In this document: one piece after another, positions 54,311 to 64,000 of the stretch
Numbering within the stretch: the stretch's first letter is position 1
Layout of the letters: every line of letters starts with the position of its first letter
NCBI GenBank assembly: GCA_002269645.1
Contig: NIVC01000928.1
Location: 186,001 to 250,000 of the forward strand
Source: Macrostomum lignano
Lineage: Eukaryota
Direction of reading: 5' to 3'
Length of the DNA: 64,000 bases
The notes under the pieces: generated by a model
The model's input: the letters and a program-made list of their open reading frames with translations, nothing else
What the model was told of the DNA's origin: nothing
The model's database searches: none
Made by a program: the position numbers and the translations under genes

Positions 54311-54575
54311 CTGTGTCCCCACCTGTCACAGACAGTGTCCCCACCTGTGTCCCCACCTGTCACAGACAGTGTCCCCACCTGTGTCCCCGACCTGTCACAG
54401 ACAGGTACCCACCTGTCACAGACAGTGTCCCCAGCTGTCACAGACAGTGTCCCCAGCTGTCACAGACAGTGTCCCTACCTGTCACAGACAGTGTCCCCAG
54501 CTGTCACAGACAGTGTCCCCACCTGTCACAGGCAGTGTCCCCACCTGTCACAGGCACACCTGTCGCAGCCTGTCA
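54311..54575. repeat. 22-bp array (GGGGACACTGTCTGTGACAGGT on minus strand) filling an intron
   Basis: Direct reading. Confidence 0.9.
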
Positions 54576-54799
54576 AGACAGCCCTCACCTCGAAGATGTT
54601 CCCAGCCTCATTTCTCCCAACCGCGGCCGGCAGGCAGTGGTCGATGAGGCAGTTCACAATGTCCAGCAGCACCTCGCCACTGGCCAGGGTGCTCATCCAG
54701 TTCCCGAAGCCCGGGCTGAGCATCTTCGGGCTCAGAGTTGAGATCTCAAAGTCGTACAGCTCACCTTTGGGAGGAGGGATATATGAAGGTCATAGAGTC

Positions 54800-55030
54800 G
54801 ATCCACACTCTCCACACTCAGCCCTCACTATCCAGTCCACAATCACCCCTCACTATCCAGTCCACACTCAGCCCTCACTATCCAGTCCACACACAGCCCT
54901 CACTATCCAGTCCACAATCAGCCCTCACTATCCAGTCCTCACTCAGCCCTCACTATCCAGTCCTCACTCAGCCCTCACTATCCAGTCCACACTCAGCCCT
55001 CACTATCCAGTCCTCACTCAGCCCTCACTA
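54800..55030. repeat. Intronic array (CAGCCCTCACTATCCAGTCCACACT-like)
   Basis: Direct reading. Confidence 0.9.
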
Positions 55031-55313
55031 CTCATTTCAGCGGCTCACAAGCCAGGGTTCCACGGCAGGACTCACCCAGCGGATCGAAGATCACCTTGCC
55101 GTAGAGTCTGGATTCATCATCCAGCAGCTTCATCTGGGCAGCTGTGGTCTGCAGCCAGTTGCACACAACTCCCTCAGCCTGCTGAGGTGCCAACACGGTG
55201 GTCTCAGGGAACACATTCCAGTCTGCCAGGGTGAGTCTGAGAGGCTTGAGCTGGCCTCGGGTTCTACTCTCCTCTGATTGACTCTCTTGCTGCTGCTGCT
55301 GCTGCTGCTGCTG

Positions 55314-55562
55314 TTGTTGTTGTTGTTTTGGTGGTACGCGCCCAGGCAGAGCTAAGGGCAGTGTCTGGCCAGCGCTATCAACCCGAGGGGGTCGGCGGAA
55401 ATGCTGCTGATGTCTGTCGTGGGTCCTCCAAGAAGGCGGAGCCTGGTGCCGGCGAGAGCTGGGCAGTCAAGCCAGTGTTCCAGGTCATCGCAGGGATGGC
55501 CGCAGCGGTGACATGCTGGGTCGACGGCCGGGTCGACAATGCTGCGATACGCGTTGAAAAGG
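55314..55562 (-). mobile_element. 5'-truncated non-LTR retrotransposon 3' end with a (CAA)n tail, flanked by (CAG)7-8
   Basis: Encodes DPACHRCGHPCDDLEHWLDCPALAGTRLRLLG, the C-terminal CCHC-type knuckle of LINE ORF2. Stop, short 3' UTR, then CAAAACAACAACAACAA. CAG tracts on both sides act as a target-site duplication. Confidence 0.8.
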
Positions 55563-55859
55563 CTGCTGCTGCTGCTGCTGCTGCCCGGGATTTTTGCCCT
55601 GCAGCTCAAATGTCCCTGTCTGAACAGTGAACTGCCTGCCACAGGGGCGGCAGGTGCGGGTCACAACGGCCTGCTGCATGGGAAGCTGCGGTGGCCTTAA
55701 AATGCTGCTTTTGATTGGCTTTTGTCTGCTTTTGCATATGCTTGAAGGAGATTGAGATCGGGGCTGCTTGAATGAAGTTGAGCTTTTTATGCTGCTCTGT
55801 CTGTGCGAACTCGGGTTTAGTTTATGGCTGAGGGTCTCTGATGGCCGCTGCTTGCAGTG

Positions 55860-56200
55860 GGATGGAGTGGGACAGATGGGACAGATGGGACAGATGGGGA
55901 AGATGGGGTAGATGGGGTAGATGGGGTAGATAGGGTAGACGGGGTAGATGGGGTAGACGGGGTAGATGGGGTAGATGGGGTAGATGGGGCAGATGGGGTA
56001 GATGGGGTAGATGGGGTAGATGGGATAGATGGGATAGATGGGGTAGATGGGGTAGATGGGGTAGATGGGGTAGATGGGGTAGATGGGGTAGATGGGGTAG
56101 ATGGGGCAGATGGGGTAGATGGGGTAGATGGGGTAGATGGGGCAGATGGGATAGATGGGATAGATGGGGTAGATGGGATAGATGGGGTAGATGGGACAGA
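55860..56200. repeat. 9-bp G-rich array (GGGGTAGAT)n
   Basis: Direct reading. Confidence 0.96.
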
Positions 56201-57061
56201 CGTTAATTATGTGAATTTAAAAGTGAGAGGTGAATGTGAAGTGGGGCAAAAAGCACAAAGACAGTAACACCAGCTAAAACTTGTTGTTTTTTTGTTTTTT
56301 GTGGTTGAACTTTAGCAATTTATCAAGTCGCGGTTAAGATGCTCCACACAGCAAATTAAATATTATATCAATGGGTAATGCTTTGAGTAATCATAATTTG
56401 TTTTTAAAGTTATCTAAAGGCTTTTAGGAAAATAAAAAACTTTACTCCTAAACATAAAGCTAAAATGGCTTGTTAAAATGATTTCAAACCTGTGGTTGAG
56501 GTTCGAAGATATTTCAGATTGCAGAATCTACTATTAGTAGTGTTGAATATAGGGACAACAGAAAACGATGAGAAATTTGCCAGCTACCAGTAACTGTGCC
56601 AGCATGGCATCGATAAACCGATTTTTTCAGGTTAAATTCATGGCAAGCAGCGGTATAACAAATGAACAACGTTAGGAGTACAGAGAGGACAGAGGGGTTC
56701 GCAGATGACTCTAAACAAAGGAAATGAAAAAAATCATCAGAAATACTGACTTTCGTTAAATTGTGGTTGCTTGTATTTGTGGGTCTCGAGAGGGGAGACG
56801 GCTATTGATGCCTAAATTGCTATTGCGAGTTCATTTTTTCAGAATATTTTTCAACCTGTTTGGGTTAAATTACTCGTAATTCTCAAGTAGTATAAGTAGC
56901 GTTTAACGTTCTTTAATGCTTTTCAATGTTTAAATCGATAATCGATATGTATCGAAAAAACAGTTTGAATAAAAACTTGAAAAACTTTTACACTACTGCT
57001 TGAGAATTTTAGTAGTCTAATGCGACTTTCATATTCTATTTCTTGATGGCGGTTTAATTTT

Positions 57062-63268
<6,207 letters not shown>

Positions 63269-63599
63269 CTGCAAGAATCCGAGATCAAAAGCTACTTCAG
63301 TAAATGCGGATTCGTCAGGGGCATGACAACATCCGTCTATTTGTAAGATAAAAACACACAGAGCTCGCAACCGGGATCAGTTATTCGGCTCATTCCATGC
63401 CGATTTGCGTGACAAATAGATTTGCTACTGTGAGTTGATAGAAACATAGAAGCCTCCGAAAAACCCCATCTGGATGATGAAGCTGAATCAGTTTCTTTTT
63501 AATGCACCATAAATTTTCATTCATTTAGTGACCCGAATTGCGTGACATCAACTGGGGATTATGGAATAATAAATGCAATATTGTGAAAGCGAAGGATAA

Positions 63600-64000
63600 G
63601 AAGGCAGAGTGGGGAAGAGGGAGGCAGGGTGAGGTCGGGTGAGGCAGAGTGAGGTAGAGTGAGGTAGGGTGAGGTAGAGTGAGGTAGAGTGAGGTAGAGT
63701 GAGGTAAAGTGAGGTAGGGTGAGGTAGAGTGAGGTAGGGTGAGGTCGGGTGAGGCAGAGTGAGGTAGAGTGAGGTAGGGTGAGGTAGAGTGAGGCAGAGT
63801 GAGGTAGAGTGAGGTAGAGTGAGGTAGAGTAAGATAGGGTGAGGTAGAGTGAGGTAGGGTGAGGTAGGGTGAGGTAGGGTGAGGCAGGGTGAGGCAGAGG
63901 GAGGCAGAGTGAGGTAGAGTGAGGTGGAGTGAGGTAGGGTGAGGTAGAGTGAGGCAGAGTGAGGTAGAGTGAGGTAGAGTGAGGTAGAGTGAGGTAGAGT
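63600..64000. repeat. 10-bp array (GAGGTAGAGT)n running off the window end
   Basis: Direct reading. Confidence 0.95.

Larger units (their letters stand above)
53279..55679 (-). pseudogene. Uncharacterised spliced gene, apparently disrupted; exons ~55679-55076 (with LINE insert), 54764-54589, 54310-54000 (frameshift near 54070-54110), 53578-53279
   Basis: GC3-rich exons with GT-AG sites. Phases match only after one frameshift in exon 3. Exon 1 has an insertion with an in-frame stop. No family recognised. Confidence 0.55.

Overview
Eukaryotic, intron-rich animal DNA. GC-rich exons are separated by introns filled with tandem arrays. The style and gene set suggest a free-living flatworm such as Macrostomum (inference only). 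I assembled nine spliced genes by hand from GT-AG sites and phase matching. Plus strand: a divergent Wnt (614-6717), a two-domain GPI-type Ly6/uPAR protein (9194-12965), a nicotinic ACh receptor alpha subunit (23510-28590), FoxP (32728-37826) and a PEP-synthase/rifampicin-phosphotransferase-like enzyme (41534-46382). Minus strand: a multi-zinc-ribbon + LRAT-domain protein (17180-19565), a VGLUT-like SLC17 transporter (47125-52484), an orphan gene broken by a LINE fragment in its CAG tract (53279-55679) and the 3' half of a calbindin-like EF-hand gene (57062-63268). The most unusual region is 13.3-20.3 kb. It holds 19 copies of the 7-mer CCATAGA/TCTATGG, two internally deleted Crypton-like tyrosine-recombinase remnants with the same site-to-ATG layout, long hairpins, a TIR MITE and a 61-bp tandem of the site. 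The whole LRAT gene is bracketed by an inverted GCCATAGA pair. This may be a site-specific, recombinase-built cassette cluster carrying cargo. Most long ORFs in the supplied track are repeat artefacts. Several single-base frameshifts at G/C runs may be assembly errors. All counts and alignments were done by eye; no database search was run.
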